From: Vicinamibacterales bacterium
GTDB lineage: Bacteria; Acidobacteriota; Vicinamibacteria; Vicinamibacterales; CAVVIG01
Assembly: GCA_036497895.1 (NCBI GenBank)
Contig: DASXIR010000017.1
Coordinates: 6,899-70,898, forward strand
Direction of reading: 5' to 3'
DNA length: 64,000 nt
Program-made: the position numbers and the translations under genes
In this document: positions 33,488 to 43,108 of the stretch, in pieces
How the letters are laid out: each line of letters starts with the position of its first letter
Position numbering within the stretch: position 1 is the stretch's first letter
Notes under the pieces: model-generated
Databases searched by the model: none
Told to the model about the DNA's origin: nothing
What the model saw: the letters and a program-made list of their open reading frames with translations, nothing else

Positions 33488-33517
33488 CGGTCCTACACTC
33501 AGGGTCCGAACTCGAAA

Positions 33518-34948
33518 TTATACCACGGGGCGACCGATGAGATCGTACTCGCGGGCGCCGACAATCTCGATGTCCGTGAAATCGCCGGGCCGGAAGGCGG
33601 ATGGGTCGCAATCCGTAAGGAAAACCGACGCATCAATATCCGGCGCCTGGCTCTCGAGCCGCGCCCTGAGGACGAGGTCGTGGTCGCTCGACGGGCCGTC
33701 CACGACCACGCGCGCCCGCTGGCCGATCCGCGCCCGTTGACGCTTTTGAACCAGTCGCTTCTGCAGGCCCATGATTTTGGCCCGCCGCGACTTCTTGGTT
33801 CTGGCCGGCACGTCGTCTGCCAGTCCGAAGGCCGAAGTGCCTTCCTCGTGCGAGTAGGTGAAAACCCCGACGTGGTCGAACGCGTGGTCCGACACGAACC
33901 CGGCCAGCTCGGCGACATCCGCGTCGGTCTCGCCCGGGAAGCCAACGATGAAGGTGGTGCGGAGGGCGACACCAGGGATCCGGTCGCGGATTTTGGTCAG
34001 GAGGGCGTCGTAGCCGGCGTGGGTGCCGGGCCGTTTCATCCGTTTCAGAACCGCGTTCGAGGCGTGCTGAAGCGGCAGGTCGATGTATTTGCAGACCTTG
34101 TCGCACTCGGCCATTGCCTGCAGGGTCGCGTCATCGATGGTGGTTGGGTAGAGGTAGAGCAGCCGGATCCATTCGAGGCCGTCGATCTGGTTGAGCTCGC
34201 GGAGCAGCCGTGCGAGCGCACCGCGCTCCTGCCGGTCGATGCCGTAGAATGTCGTGTCCTGCGAAATCAGCAGCAGTTCCTTGACGCCACGCGCGGCCAA
34301 CGCCCGCGCTTCACGGACGATCGAGTCGCCGGGCCGGCTCCGATATTCGCCACGCAGCGTGGGAATGATGCAGAACGCGCACTTGTAATCGCAGCCCTCG
34401 GCGATTTTCACGTAGGCATAATGACGCGGCGTCGCGAGCAGGCGCGGTGTGTCCGCGTCGTAAATGTAGGTCGGCAGGGACTTGGGGACCGGGGCCTCGG
34501 CCTCGCGCAACCCGCGTGGCGACGCGGAACCAGGCGAAGACTTGAAGAAGGTCAGCGGCGCTGACCCTCGCCGCGCCGATTCCGGGAGCGCACCGCGTCC
34601 CGCCGGTCCGCCGATCGCTCCAACGATTTCCGGCACCTGTCCAGTGCCCAGCACCGCGTCGATTTCCGGAATCTGCGCCTTCAGCTCGTCGCGGTAGCGC
34701 TCGGCCATGCAGCCGGTGACGATCAGCCGCTGACAGGCGCCGTCCTTCTTCAGCTGCGCCATCTCGAGGATGGCATCGATCGATTCCTGTTTCGCCGAGT
34801 CGATGAAAGCGCAGGTATTGACGATCAACACTTCGGCGCCGGCCGCGTCCTGCGTCAGTTCGTGTCCGCCCTGTTGAGCAAGCCCCAGCATCACCTCGGA
34901 ATCGACGAGGTTCTTCGGACACCCGAGCGAGATCATTCCGACTTTCAA
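33518..34948 (-). CDS. rimO: Ribosomal protein S12 methylthiotransferase RimO (radical SAM)
   Basis: MKVGMISLGCPKNLVDSEVMLG (UPF0004 domain), radical-SAM cluster EGCDYKCAFC, and a C-terminal TRAM domain. Confidence 0.92.
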   Translation of the reverse strand: MKVGMISLGCPKNLVDSEVMLGLAQQGGHELTQDAAGAEVLIVNTCAFIDSAKQESIDAILEMAQLKKDGACQRLIVTGCMAERYRDELKAQIPEIDAVLGTGQVPEIVGAIGGPAGRGALPESARRGSAPLTFFKSSPGSASPRGLREAEAPVPKSLPTYIYDADTPRLLATPRHYAYVKIAEGCDYKCAFCIIPTLRGEYRSRPGDSIVREARALAARGVKELLLISQDTTFYGIDRQERGALARLLRELNQIDGLEWIRLLYLYPTTIDDATLQAMAECDKVCKYIDLPLQHASNAVLKRMKRPGTHAGYDALLTKIRDRIPGVALRTTFIVGFPGETDADVAELAGFVSDHAFDHVGVFTYSHEEGTSAFGLADDVPARTKKSRRAKIMGLQKRLVQKRQRARIGQRARVVVDGPSSDHDLVLRARLESQAPDIDASVFLTDCDPSAFRPGDFTDIEIVGAREYDLIGRPVV

Positions 34949-34994
34949 ACCGCTACTCCACTTTCAACCGGCCTGGATTCAGCACGACCGCGAA

Positions 34995-36290
34995 TCAGGG
35001 GTACAACCTATACAGCATACGCGGGTAGGGAATCGTCTCACGGACGTGTTCGAGCTTGCAGATCCACGACACCACGCGTTCGATCCCCATGCCGAAGCCT
35101 CCGTGCGGCACGGTGCCGTAGCGCCGCAGGTCCAGGTACCATTCGAACGCCTCCTGAGGCAGGTTGTGATCCTTGATCCGCTGGAGCAAGAGGTCCAGAT
35201 CCGCGAGACGCTCGCCGCCGCCGATGATCTCGCCGTAGCCCTCGGGCGCGAGCATGTCGACGCCGAGCGCCAGCGCCGGGTTGAGCGGATCGGGCTTCAT
35301 GTAGAACGCCTTGATCGCCGCCGGATAGCGATGGACCAGCACCGGGCGATCGTATTCCTCCGACAACGTCGTCTCGTCGGGCCCACCGAAGTCGCCGCCC
35401 CACTGAATCGGCAATCCCTTCGCCTGCAGCCGCGCTACCGCGGCGTCATAGGAGATGCGCGGAAACGGCTTGCGGACCGCTTCAAGCTTCGAGGTGTCGC
35501 GCTCGATGATGGTCAGCTCGCGCCGACGCTTTTCGAGCACCCGTCCGACCACTGAAACGACGAGATCCTCCGCCAGTTCCATCACGTCGTCGAGGTCGGC
35601 GAACACGACCTCGGGCTCGACCATCCAGAACTCGGTCAAATGACGCCGCGTCTTCGATTTTTCCGCCCGGAAGGTCGGACCGAAGCAATACACCCGGCCG
35701 AGCGCCATGGCGTTGGCTTCGTTGTACAGCTGGCCGCTCTGGGTCAGGTAGGCCGTCTGATCCTCGAAGTACTGCGCCGGAAACAGCGTCGTCGTTCCCT
35801 CGCAGGCGGCCGGTGTGAAGATCGGCGTGTCAGCGAGGATGAAGCCGCGGCCGTTGAAGAAGTCGCGGACCGCATTGATGATCTCGTGACGGATGCGCAG
35901 GATCGCCTGCTGCCGTTCACTGCGGATCCACAGGTGACGCCGGTCGAGCAGGAAGTCGACGCCGTGTTCTTTCGGCGTTATCGGGTAGTCGTGCGACACG
36001 CCCACGACCTCGAGCCCCTTGACGTCGATTTCGTATCCGCTCGGCGCGCGGCTGTCAGCCCGCGCGGTGCCGGTCACGATGATCGATGTTTCCTGGGAGA
36101 GATGGTCCGCAGCCTTGAACAGGTCTTCGCCGACCGCGGCCTTCGACATCACCGCCTGGATGAACCCCGAGCCGTCGCGAACGGTCAGGAAATGAATCTT
36201 GCCGCTCGAGCGGCGATTGTGCAGCCATCCCTTGATGGTGACTTCTTCGCCTTCGTGTTTGCCGATGTCTTCGATGTAAACGTGAGCCAT
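34995..36290 (-). CDS. asnS: Asparagine--tRNA ligase
   Basis: 431 aa class IIb synthetase with an OB-fold N-terminus ([26 protein letters not shown]) and C-terminus [24 protein letters not shown]...IPYPR. Confidence 0.88.
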   Translation of the reverse strand: MAHVYIEDIGKHEGEEVTIKGWLHNRRSSGKIHFLTVRDGSGFIQAVMSKAAVGEDLFKAADHLSQETSIIVTGTARADSRAPSGYEIDVKGLEVVGVSHDYPITPKEHGVDFLLDRRHLWIRSERQQAILRIRHEIINAVRDFFNGRGFILADTPIFTPAACEGTTTLFPAQYFEDQTAYLTQSGQLYNEANAMALGRVYCFGPTFRAEKSKTRRHLTEFWMVEPEVVFADLDDVMELAEDLVVSVVGRVLEKRRRELTIIERDTSKLEAVRKPFPRISYDAAVARLQAKGLPIQWGGDFGGPDETTLSEEYDRPVLVHRYPAAIKAFYMKPDPLNPALALGVDMLAPEGYGEIIGGGERLADLDLLLQRIKDHNLPQEAFEWYLDLRRYGTVPHGGFGMGIERVVSWICKLEHVRETIPYPRMLYRLYP

Positions 36291-36297
36291 AGCAGTC

Positions 36298-37026
36298 TCA
36301 GTCGCCAGTCGCCAACAACTTCTCGAGGCGCGCGCGCGTCGCTCGTGCCCGCGCGAGTAATTCCTTTGTCGGACCGCGTCCTGCCGCGTCCAGGACGATC
36401 GGACGGTCGTAGCCGACCTTCTGCACCGTCGTCATCACGCTCGGCCAGTCAATCGCGCTGTTCGCCGGCAGTCGCGCCGCCACGAGATGTTCCGACGTCA
36501 TCTCGATCGTGTCCACGAGATCGCCTTTCGCCGCCGTCGCGAAGTCGAGCGCGATGCCGACCGTCGCCTCGCAGCGCTCGACGAACGTCAGCAGGGATCC
36601 GACGCTGACCATCGACGGTGACCGCGAGTCGATCGCGATCCGCAATCCCAACGGTTCGGCGAGCGCCGCGATCCGTTCCGCCGCCTTCGAGCCGCTCTTC
36701 GGCGAACCGATCGGCAGAATCAGCACGTTCGCCGGAATGCGCCGCGCCACGCTCATCGCCTGCTCGACCGGCCCCAGCGCCGCCGCGTTCCACGAGGTCA
36801 CGCCGTCCTGCGCCGGCGCGACGATTGCGCTCAACTCGAGACCCGCTTCGGCCAGCCACTGCTGCAGATCCGCGACCGCGGCCTGGTTCGCGCCGTCGAA
36901 ATGGCCGGGCACCGCGTCGAGCTCGACGCATTCGAACCCGTGCGCGGCGATTTCCAGCAGATGCGCCCGGCACAATCGCTGTTGATGATAGAGGTGCGTC
37001 GACACCCCGAATTGTCGTTTGGCCAC
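36298..37026 (-). CDS. Sugar phosphate isomerase/epimerase (xylose-isomerase-like TIM barrel)
   Basis: 242 aa with the overall AP_endonuc_2/TIM-barrel pattern (FGVSTHLY...GFECVEL...). GTG start. The stop lies 7 nt upstream of the asnS start. Confidence 0.7.
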   Translation of the reverse strand: MAKRQFGVSTHLYHQQRLCRAHLLEIAAHGFECVELDAVPGHFDGANQAAVADLQQWLAEAGLELSAIVAPAQDGVTSWNAAALGPVEQAMSVARRIPANVLILPIGSPKSGSKAAERIAALAEPLGLRIAIDSRSPSMVSVGSLLTFVERCEATVGIALDFATAAKGDLVDTIEMTSEHLVAARLPANSAIDWPSVMTTVQKVGYDRPIVLDAAGRGPTKELLARARATRARLEKLLATGD

Positions 37027-37067
37027 GAGCCGAAACCCTTATTGTATCGTGGGTCCGCGGTTGCGAC

Positions 37068-38063
37068 TTATCGCAATTCGTCGATCTGGGCCGAGAGGAT
37101 TTCTCGCAGGCGCGCGAAACGCGGGTACTTCTCCAGGGTGGTCCGGACATAGCGCAGCGTCCGCGGCATGTACTGGATGTACACCGTGTTGTGCCGTGTG
37201 GTGGTCTGGTAGCCGAACGTCCCCAGCGCCTTGAGGTTGCGCTGGAGTGCCATCAGATCGAAGCGCCGGCGGAATTCGGCGGCGTTGCTCTGGTTCCTGA
37301 GGGCCAGGAAATACGCAATCAGCTGGTCGAGTTCTCGATCGGCGATATCGACGTACGAGTCACGCAACAGCGACGCCAGATCGTAGGTGTCGGGACCCAT
37401 GCGTGCGTCCTGAAAATCGATGATGTAGAGGCTGTCCGCGCTGAGCATCAGGTTGCGACTGTGGTAGTCGCGATGACAGAGGACCCGCGGTTCGGCGGCC
37501 AGCTCGTCGACGATCCCCGCCCATTCTTCCGAGAGCGCCGCGCGCGCCCCGTCCGCCAGCGCGATGCCGCGGTACCCGAGCATGAAGTGCTTCACGAAGA
37601 ACTCGAGCTCCCACGTCAGCTTCTCGACGTCGAACGCGATGCCGTACGACGGATAGCGATCCGACTGCAGCTCCGCACCTCGCCGCTGCAGCAACTCGAT
37701 GAGCGCCACGGCCTCGCGGTACAGCGCTTCGTGCCGCGCCGGCGTCGCGGCGCCGAGGTGCGCCTGCAGTGTCACGTCGCCGAGATCCTGCAGGGCCAGA
37801 ATGCCGAGGGCATCCGAGTGGCCAAGCACGGTCGGCACCGGCAGCGGGACAGCGGCAAGAAGTTCGGCGACGCGCGCAAACGATAGCGTCGCGAAATCGA
37901 TCGGCCCGGCGTGCAGGGCGAGCACCAGCGATGATCCGTCTTCGGGGATGACCCGGAAGTAATGCCGGTCCGAGGCATCGCCGGTGAGCGGCACCACCCG
38001 GGCGTGTCGCGCCGCGAGCCCGCTCTCTTCGAGGTACTGCGAAATGCGTTCGTGGAGGGTCAA
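37068..38063 (-). CDS. APH-fold phosphotransferase, AmgK-like sugar kinase candidate
   Basis: Brenner motif HRDYHSRNLM and the Mg-binding IIDFQDA. The TTG start overlaps the upstream stop (TTGA). Confidence 0.75.
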   Translation of the reverse strand: MTLHERISQYLEESGLAARHARVVPLTGDASDRHYFRVIPEDGSSLVLALHAGPIDFATLSFARVAELLAAVPLPVPTVLGHSDALGILALQDLGDVTLQAHLGAATPARHEALYREAVALIELLQRRGAELQSDRYPSYGIAFDVEKLTWELEFFVKHFMLGYRGIALADGARAALSEEWAGIVDELAAEPRVLCHRDYHSRNLMLSADSLYIIDFQDARMGPDTYDLASLLRDSYVDIADRELDQLIAYFLALRNQSNAAEFRRRFDLMALQRNLKALGTFGYQTTTRHNTVYIQYMPRTLRYVRTTLEKYPRFARLREILSAQIDELR

Positions 38064-39019
38064 GGGTTCGGTTCGAAAATCAGCTGAGTTGCGCGTGTCA
38101 CGCCGTCCGCGCCACGCGTGAGCGCCGCCTCAGTGTAAACCGCCGACGCGGGAATCGCGACGCCGTCCGTCACGATGCATCGGTCCACCACCGCGTTGGC
38201 GCCCACGCTGACATCGTCCCACAGGATCGAACGCGTCACTCGTGCGGTGGAGTGCACGCCGGAGCGGGGCGCGTCGATCTGCACGGCCGCGGGCGTTCGC
38301 GCATCGAAGGCGAGTGACGTTCGCCAGTAGTCCGCGATCGTCCCTACATCCCAGAACTCCGCGTCACACACGAACCCGCGCACCGAGCCTGGTTTCGACG
38401 CGATCAACGCGTCGTAGACGCCGCCGATTGAACTCGCCGGTGCGCCGGGAGGCAGCGCCGCGAATACCGCGGCCTCCACGATCTGCGCGCCGATGAAATG
38501 ATAGGAGCCGGCGGCCGCTGGGCCCCGGGCGACGAATCCGACAACATCGCCGCGGTCGCTGAGCCGCACGCCACCGTAGCGAAGGAACTCGCGGTTGGGC
38601 ACCAGCGCCAGCGTCACTTGTGCCGTGGCCGCCATGTGCGCGTCGGAGAGACGCCGCAGATCAAGGTCTGTGAGCGTGTCGCCGTTGACGATGAAGAAAC
38701 GTTCGGCGCCGAGGAGCGGCAGCGCGAGGCGTGGACCGCCGGCGCTGCCGAGCACGCGTGGCTGTTCCCACGAGTAGCGGACCCGAACGTGAAGATCCCG
38801 GCCGTCGCCGACCACCGACGTCAGTGTCTCGGGGCGATGGTGCAGGTTCAGGACCAGTTCGGTCACGTCGTGCCTGGCCAGCCACGAAACGATGCGGCGG
38901 ACCAGCGGAACCCCTGCGACGGGAATCGCCGGTTTCGCACGCACGTCGGTCAACGGTCGCAGTCGCGTGCCGAGACCGGCAGTCAGCACCAGGGCGTGAT
39001 GGACCGGGATGTCGCGCAC
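38060..39019 (-). CDS. Sugar-1-phosphate nucleotidyltransferase with a C-terminal left-handed beta-helix
   Basis: LTAGLGTRLRPLT (GxGTRxxPxT) signature, with C-terminal hexapeptide-like repeats (WDDVSVGANAVVDRCIVTDGVAIPASA). GTG start. Confidence 0.8.
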   Translation of the reverse strand: MRDIPVHHALVLTAGLGTRLRPLTDVRAKPAIPVAGVPLVRRIVSWLARHDVTELVLNLHHRPETLTSVVGDGRDLHVRVRYSWEQPRVLGSAGGPRLALPLLGAERFFIVNGDTLTDLDLRRLSDAHMAATAQVTLALVPNREFLRYGGVRLSDRGDVVGFVARGPAAAGSYHFIGAQIVEAAVFAALPPGAPASSIGGVYDALIASKPGSVRGFVCDAEFWDVGTIADYWRTSLAFDARTPAAVQIDAPRSGVHSTARVTRSILWDDVSVGANAVVDRCIVTDGVAIPASAVYTEAALTRGADGVTRATQLIFEPNP

Positions 39020-39021
39020 CG

Positions 39022-40185
39022 CTATGTCACCCGCACGGCGAACGACAAGCCTTGCAAGGCGGACGGCTCGACGTTCTTGCTGAAGATCATCACCTTATGT
39101 GTGCTGCCGAGGCCGCCCGGCATCAGCAGCGTCTTCAACGCCAGCCGGTCTTTCAGCTCGTCGAATGTCCGGAGGCCGGCGGCGTTCAGCAGACCGAGCA
39201 GGAAGTAGGTCTGATCCAGAAACCCGACCGTAGTCAGCCCCGCGCCCTCCGCCGCGACCCGCACGCTGGTGAAGTCCACGTGCGAGGTAATGTCCTGCTC
39301 GCCTGGACGCTGCAGCCAGCCCGGCGTCAGCGACTCGGGACCGCTGCTCCGATGCGACGCATAGGTCGTCAGCGTACCGGCCGAATGGGTCGGGGAATAG
39401 AGCTCGGCGGCTTCGTGACCGTAGTCGATGATGATGATGAATCCACGCGTGAGGCGTCGCGCCGCGTCGCTGATCCAATCGAGCGCGCGCAGGTTGATCT
39501 CGACGCGCCAGCCAGGCTCGAGGGTCACGCCGAGGCGATCGAGATACGCCGCCAGCGCGGGCGTCGAGGGCTCGGCTTCAAGTGTTTCCAGACCGATCTC
39601 TTCACTGTCGCCACGGCGGTCCTGAAAGGCCGGTTCTACGTACGTTTCCCGCAGCCCGCCCTCGCGCATCACGACCTGGTGGACGGGAAACGCATCGAGG
39701 AGTTCATTGGCGACCAGGATGCCTTCGAATGCCGTCGGCAGCGTGTCACTCGAACTGGCGAGCCGCGGTGCGACGTCGGCCAACGATGCCGGCTGGTCGC
39801 GTCGTGCTTCCGCGCTGGCTTCGACCAGGTGAACACTGAGGGAATTGTAGAGACCGGGGTCACGGCGCCGTGCGGCGCGGAGGATGTCAGCCGACAGACG
39901 TCCGTTGCCGGCGCCGGCTTCGATCAGATCGACCGGTCGACGGTCGTCCTCTTCGCCAATCGAATCGTTGGTCGCCCGCAGAATTCCCGCCATCTCGGCG
40001 ATCTGTACTTCGAGTAGTTCGCCGAACAGCGGGCCGACGTCCACGCTGGTAAAAAAATCGCCCGCGCGCCCGGAACGTCGGGCGGCGCGGGCGTAATAGC
40101 CGAACGCGGGATGATAAAGCGCGAGGTCCATGAACGCCTCCACGGTAAGTGGACTGCGTTCACGGATCAGGTCAGCTGGCAGCAA
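39022..40185 (-). CDS. SAM-dependent methyltransferase, DUF185 / MidA (NDUFAF7)-like
   Basis: FMDLALYHPAFGYY and SAM motif I LIEAGAGNGRLSADIL. TTG start. Confidence 0.75.
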   Translation of the reverse strand: MLPADLIRERSPLTVEAFMDLALYHPAFGYYARAARRSGRAGDFFTSVDVGPLFGELLEVQIAEMAGILRATNDSIGEEDDRRPVDLIEAGAGNGRLSADILRAARRRDPGLYNSLSVHLVEASAEARRDQPASLADVAPRLASSSDTLPTAFEGILVANELLDAFPVHQVVMREGGLRETYVEPAFQDRRGDSEEIGLETLEAEPSTPALAAYLDRLGVTLEPGWRVEINLRALDWISDAARRLTRGFIIIIDYGHEAAELYSPTHSAGTLTTYASHRSSGPESLTPGWLQRPGEQDITSHVDFTSVRVAAEGAGLTTVGFLDQTYFLLGLLNAAGLRTFDELKDRLALKTLLMPGGLGSTHKVMIFSKNVEPSALQGLSFAVRVT

Positions 40186-40206
40186 TCAGCAATCTGCCGT
40201 TGACGG

Positions 40207-41820
40207 TTATTCCTTCTTGACCGGCACGAACACCTCGGTGTCGCCGCGCCACACGCGCAACTGGGCTATGTGTCCGGTCTGGACCTTCTGGAGTTCGGCT
40301 GCGGCGGCGGCCGCCGACGTGATCGCTTTGCCGTTCACCGACAGGATGACGTCGCCCGGCCGCAGCGCGCCCGCGGACGGTCCGTCGACGTCAACATCCG
40401 TGACGACCGCGCCGGTCTGTCCGGACGGCATCCGCAGCCGTCGCGCCATCGCCGGCGTCACGTTCTCGAGCGTGAGACCGAAGCTGCCGGTGTTCTGCTG
40501 TTCCGGCGCCTGCTGGTCGTCTGGTGCCGGACGCCGCTGCGGGCTCTGCTCGGCCTCGAGATCCAGTTCCTCGACGGTGACGTTGAGCGTTTTCTCGAGC
40601 TTGTTGCGCAGCACCTTCACCGGCACCGTCGTGCCGGGCTTGGTCGCGATCACCATCTTCACCAGTTCGTCGCTGTTGTTCACCGGACGTCCGTTGTACT
40701 GCACGATGACATCGCCCGGCTCCATCCCGGCCTTGGCCGAGGCGCCGCCCGCGGGCAGCTGCGCCACCAGCGCACCCATCCGGGTCTTGAGGCCGAAGTC
40801 CTCGTAGCCGTCACGCGGCACGGCGATCACCTGCACCCCGATCCGCCCGCGCACGATCTTGCCGGTGCGCAGCTGCGGCAGCAGTTCGCGAACCGTGTTG
40901 CTCGGCACGGCGAAGCCGATGCCGATGTTCCCCTCGTTGCGCGAGTTGGTGATGATCGCGGTGTTCATACCGATCACTTCGCCGCGCACGTTCAGCAGCG
41001 GACCGCCGGAGTTGCCCGGGTTGATCGCCGCGTCGGTCTGCAGCATGTCGTTGTTGCGGCCGTTGGTCACCGCAAACGCACGCTGGGTCGCGCTGATCAC
41101 GCCGACCGTCACCGTGTGCGAGTAGCCGAACGGATTGCCAATCGCCATCACCCAGTCGCCGGGGAAGATCTGCGACGAGTCGCCGAACTTCGCCTCGACC
41201 AGCGGGCGATTCGGCTTCTCCACGAGCTGAATCAGGGCGCTGTCGGTCAGCTGGTCGCGGCCGACCACCTTGGCCTGGTAGAACTGGGGATCGTTCTCGT
41301 CGTCGTTGAACGCGACTTCGATCTTGGTCGCATCCTCGACCACGTGGTTGTTGGTGAGGATGAAGCCTTCCTTGCTGATGATGAAACCGGTGCCGGCAGC
41401 ACGGGTGGTCTGTTCCTTCTGCTTGCGCCCGCCCCGGCCGCTGCCGTTGCCGTTGCCGCGTCCCTGCGGCGGCGCGTTCTGGTCGTCGGGGTCACCGCCG
41501 CCCGGCGTGCCGAAGAAGCGGTGGAAGAGATCGTCCGGCGCGCCACCGCCGTTGCCGAAGAACTCGGACAGGTCCTGGGCCTTTGCCTTCATTTCGGTCC
41601 GGATGTTCACCACAGCTGGCGTCATCGCCTTGGCGATATTGCGGAAGGTGTCGGCGTTGAGCGCGCCGGTCACCGGCGTTCCATTTACCGGCGCCATCGT
41701 CATCGTCTGCGCCGAGGACGCGGGTGCGAGATCGAGCCGTGACGCAATCACCATCCCGACAAAGAGGGAAGCGACGGCGAGCAGGACGGCGTAAAAGGCG
41801 GTGGTCTTGCGAGTGGACAT
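40207..41820 (-). CDS. Do/DegP/HtrA-family serine protease with two PDZ domains
   Basis: Signal anchor, trypsin-fold triad with GNSGGPLLN, and two PDZ domains. The ATG at 41820 lies 9 nt after GGAGG and is preferred over the GTG at 41826. Confidence 0.9.
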   Translation of the reverse strand: MSTRKTTAFYAVLLAVASLFVGMVIASRLDLAPASSAQTMTMAPVNGTPVTGALNADTFRNIAKAMTPAVVNIRTEMKAKAQDLSEFFGNGGGAPDDLFHRFFGTPGGGDPDDQNAPPQGRGNGNGSGRGGRKQKEQTTRAAGTGFIISKEGFILTNNHVVEDATKIEVAFNDDENDPQFYQAKVVGRDQLTDSALIQLVEKPNRPLVEAKFGDSSQIFPGDWVMAIGNPFGYSHTVTVGVISATQRAFAVTNGRNNDMLQTDAAINPGNSGGPLLNVRGEVIGMNTAIITNSRNEGNIGIGFAVPSNTVRELLPQLRTGKIVRGRIGVQVIAVPRDGYEDFGLKTRMGALVAQLPAGGASAKAGMEPGDVIVQYNGRPVNNSDELVKMVIATKPGTTVPVKVLRNKLEKTLNVTVEELDLEAEQSPQRRPAPDDQQAPEQQNTGSFGLTLENVTPAMARRLRMPSGQTGAVVTDVDVDGPSAGALRPGDVILSVNGKAITSAAAAAAELQKVQTGHIAQLRVWRGDTEVFVPVKKE

Positions 41821-41834
41821 CGTCACGAACCTCC

Positions 41835-41856
41835 GGCGGGTCCATCAGGACCCGCC
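41835..41856 (-). promoter_or_regulatory. Perfect 9-bp hairpin abutting the SD of the HtrA-family protease gene
   Basis: Minus strand GGCGGGTCC-TGAT-GGACCCGCC is immediately followed by GGAGG (41830-34). No T-tract follows. Confidence 0.4.
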
Positions 41857-41860
41857 CTGC

Positions 41861-43066
41861 TTAAACGAGTGCCAGAATGTCGGTTTGCAGCGGCCCGGTG
41901 ACCACTGCGTCGCGCGCCGCGACGACCATGTTGATTTCCGTGCGAACGCCGAAGTCATCGAAGTAGACGCCAGGCTCGATCGTAAAGCCGGTCCCGGCCA
42001 GGAGACGGCGATCGTCGTGTGTCTCGTAGTCGTCCATATTGACGCCGTTGCCGTGCACCGACTCGCCGAGGCTGTGGCCGGTGCGGTGCAGGATGTGGTC
42101 CGCCAGTCCTGCGTCCCGAATCACCGCCGAGGCCACGCGATCCACCTCGAAGCCGCGCACATCGCGGCCGGAGCGGGTCGCGTCCTGAACCAGCGAAACC
42201 GCGGCGTCGCGCGCCCGGCAAATCGTGGCGAACGCGTTGACGATCCGGTCCGGCGGCCGCGTGCCGGTATAGCCAATCCAGGTGATGTCCGCGTAGACCG
42301 CGCCGGGACGATCGAGCTTGCCCCACAGATCCAGCAGCACCAGTTCCTCGGCGCGGATGCTGCGGTGGACTGACGCGGTCGGCAGGTAGTGCGGGTTGCC
42401 CGCATTCTCGGCCGCCGACACGTTGGGCTCGGCGTCGGCCACCAGCCCCTCGTCGCGGAACCATCCGCTCATCAACTGTTGAATGTCGAACTCGGTCGTC
42501 GGGACACCATCTCTGATGCGCTGCGCCACCGCTTCGAACGCTCGATCCTTCACGCGGTACAGCTTATCGGACGCTTGCCGATGCGTCGTGATTGCTTCGG
42601 CGCTCCAGACTGCGGAGAAACGCTGAATCAGATCGCCGGAGGAGACCACTTCAACGCCAGCCTGCCGGACGAGCTCGACGGTACCGCCATCCACGCGCGA
42701 TACATAAGGGATCGCACAAAGTGGTGAATATTCCATGGCAACCCGCCGCAGCCCGGTCAGCAGGCGCTTCAGGCCAGCCGTCAGCTGGTCGCGTCCGGCG
42801 TAGCGCTCGGTCGATCCGGGCAGGTGCGCGAGCGAATTTTTCTCGATCGCGTGCACCAGTCCGCGCGGCTCGCCGACCGCCGGAATCAGGTAATACCACC
42901 GGCGCGTCGCGAGATGGCCGCTCTGGCGTGCAACCGCGGTGACGTCCGCCGCGATCGGGTTCAGACCGCGGAAGTCATACAACAGCCAGCCATCCATGCC
43001 GTCGGCTTTGAGCGCCGCCTGCACTGCACCGATGTCCAAGCCTGCCTCGGTCTGCGACGAGATCAT
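41861..43066 (-). CDS. M24-family Xaa-Pro aminopeptidase/dipeptidase
   Basis: Creatinase-like N-terminal domain, with HRTGHSLGESVHG...FTIEPGVY...EINMVV metal-ligand motifs. The ATG at 43066 was chosen; the longer ORF is an Arg-rich artefact. Confidence 0.85.
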   Translation of the reverse strand: MISSQTEAGLDIGAVQAALKADGMDGWLLYDFRGLNPIAADVTAVARQSGHLATRRWYYLIPAVGEPRGLVHAIEKNSLAHLPGSTERYAGRDQLTAGLKRLLTGLRRVAMEYSPLCAIPYVSRVDGGTVELVRQAGVEVVSSGDLIQRFSAVWSAEAITTHRQASDKLYRVKDRAFEAVAQRIRDGVPTTEFDIQQLMSGWFRDEGLVADAEPNVSAAENAGNPHYLPTASVHRSIRAEELVLLDLWGKLDRPGAVYADITWIGYTGTRPPDRIVNAFATICRARDAAVSLVQDATRSGRDVRGFEVDRVASAVIRDAGLADHILHRTGHSLGESVHGNGVNMDDYETHDDRRLLAGTGFTIEPGVYFDDFGVRTEINMVVAARDAVVTGPLQTDILALV

Positions 43067-43090
43067 CGCTTCCAGTATAGCCGGGACGCT

Positions 43091-43096
43091 TATAAT
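43091..43096 (+). promoter_or_regulatory. Perfect TATAAT box 12 nt upstream of the VWFA gene ATG
   Basis: TATAAT at 43091-43096 and ATG at 43109, implying a very short leader. I see no convincing -35 element. Confidence 0.25.
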
Positions 43097-43108
43097 CGGA
43101 CCAAGGTC

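Noticed and set aside
36618-40017. Two long plus-strand ORFs (422 aa at 36618-37886; 428 aa at 38731-40017).
   Set aside because: They are antisense to the TIM-barrel, kinase, nucleotidyltransferase and methyltransferase genes. Their sequences are extremely Arg/Pro/Ala-rich and carry no motifs.
40270-41742. A 490-aa ORF on the plus strand.
   Set aside because: It is antisense to the HtrA-family protease gene, which has the full catalytic triad and two PDZ domains.
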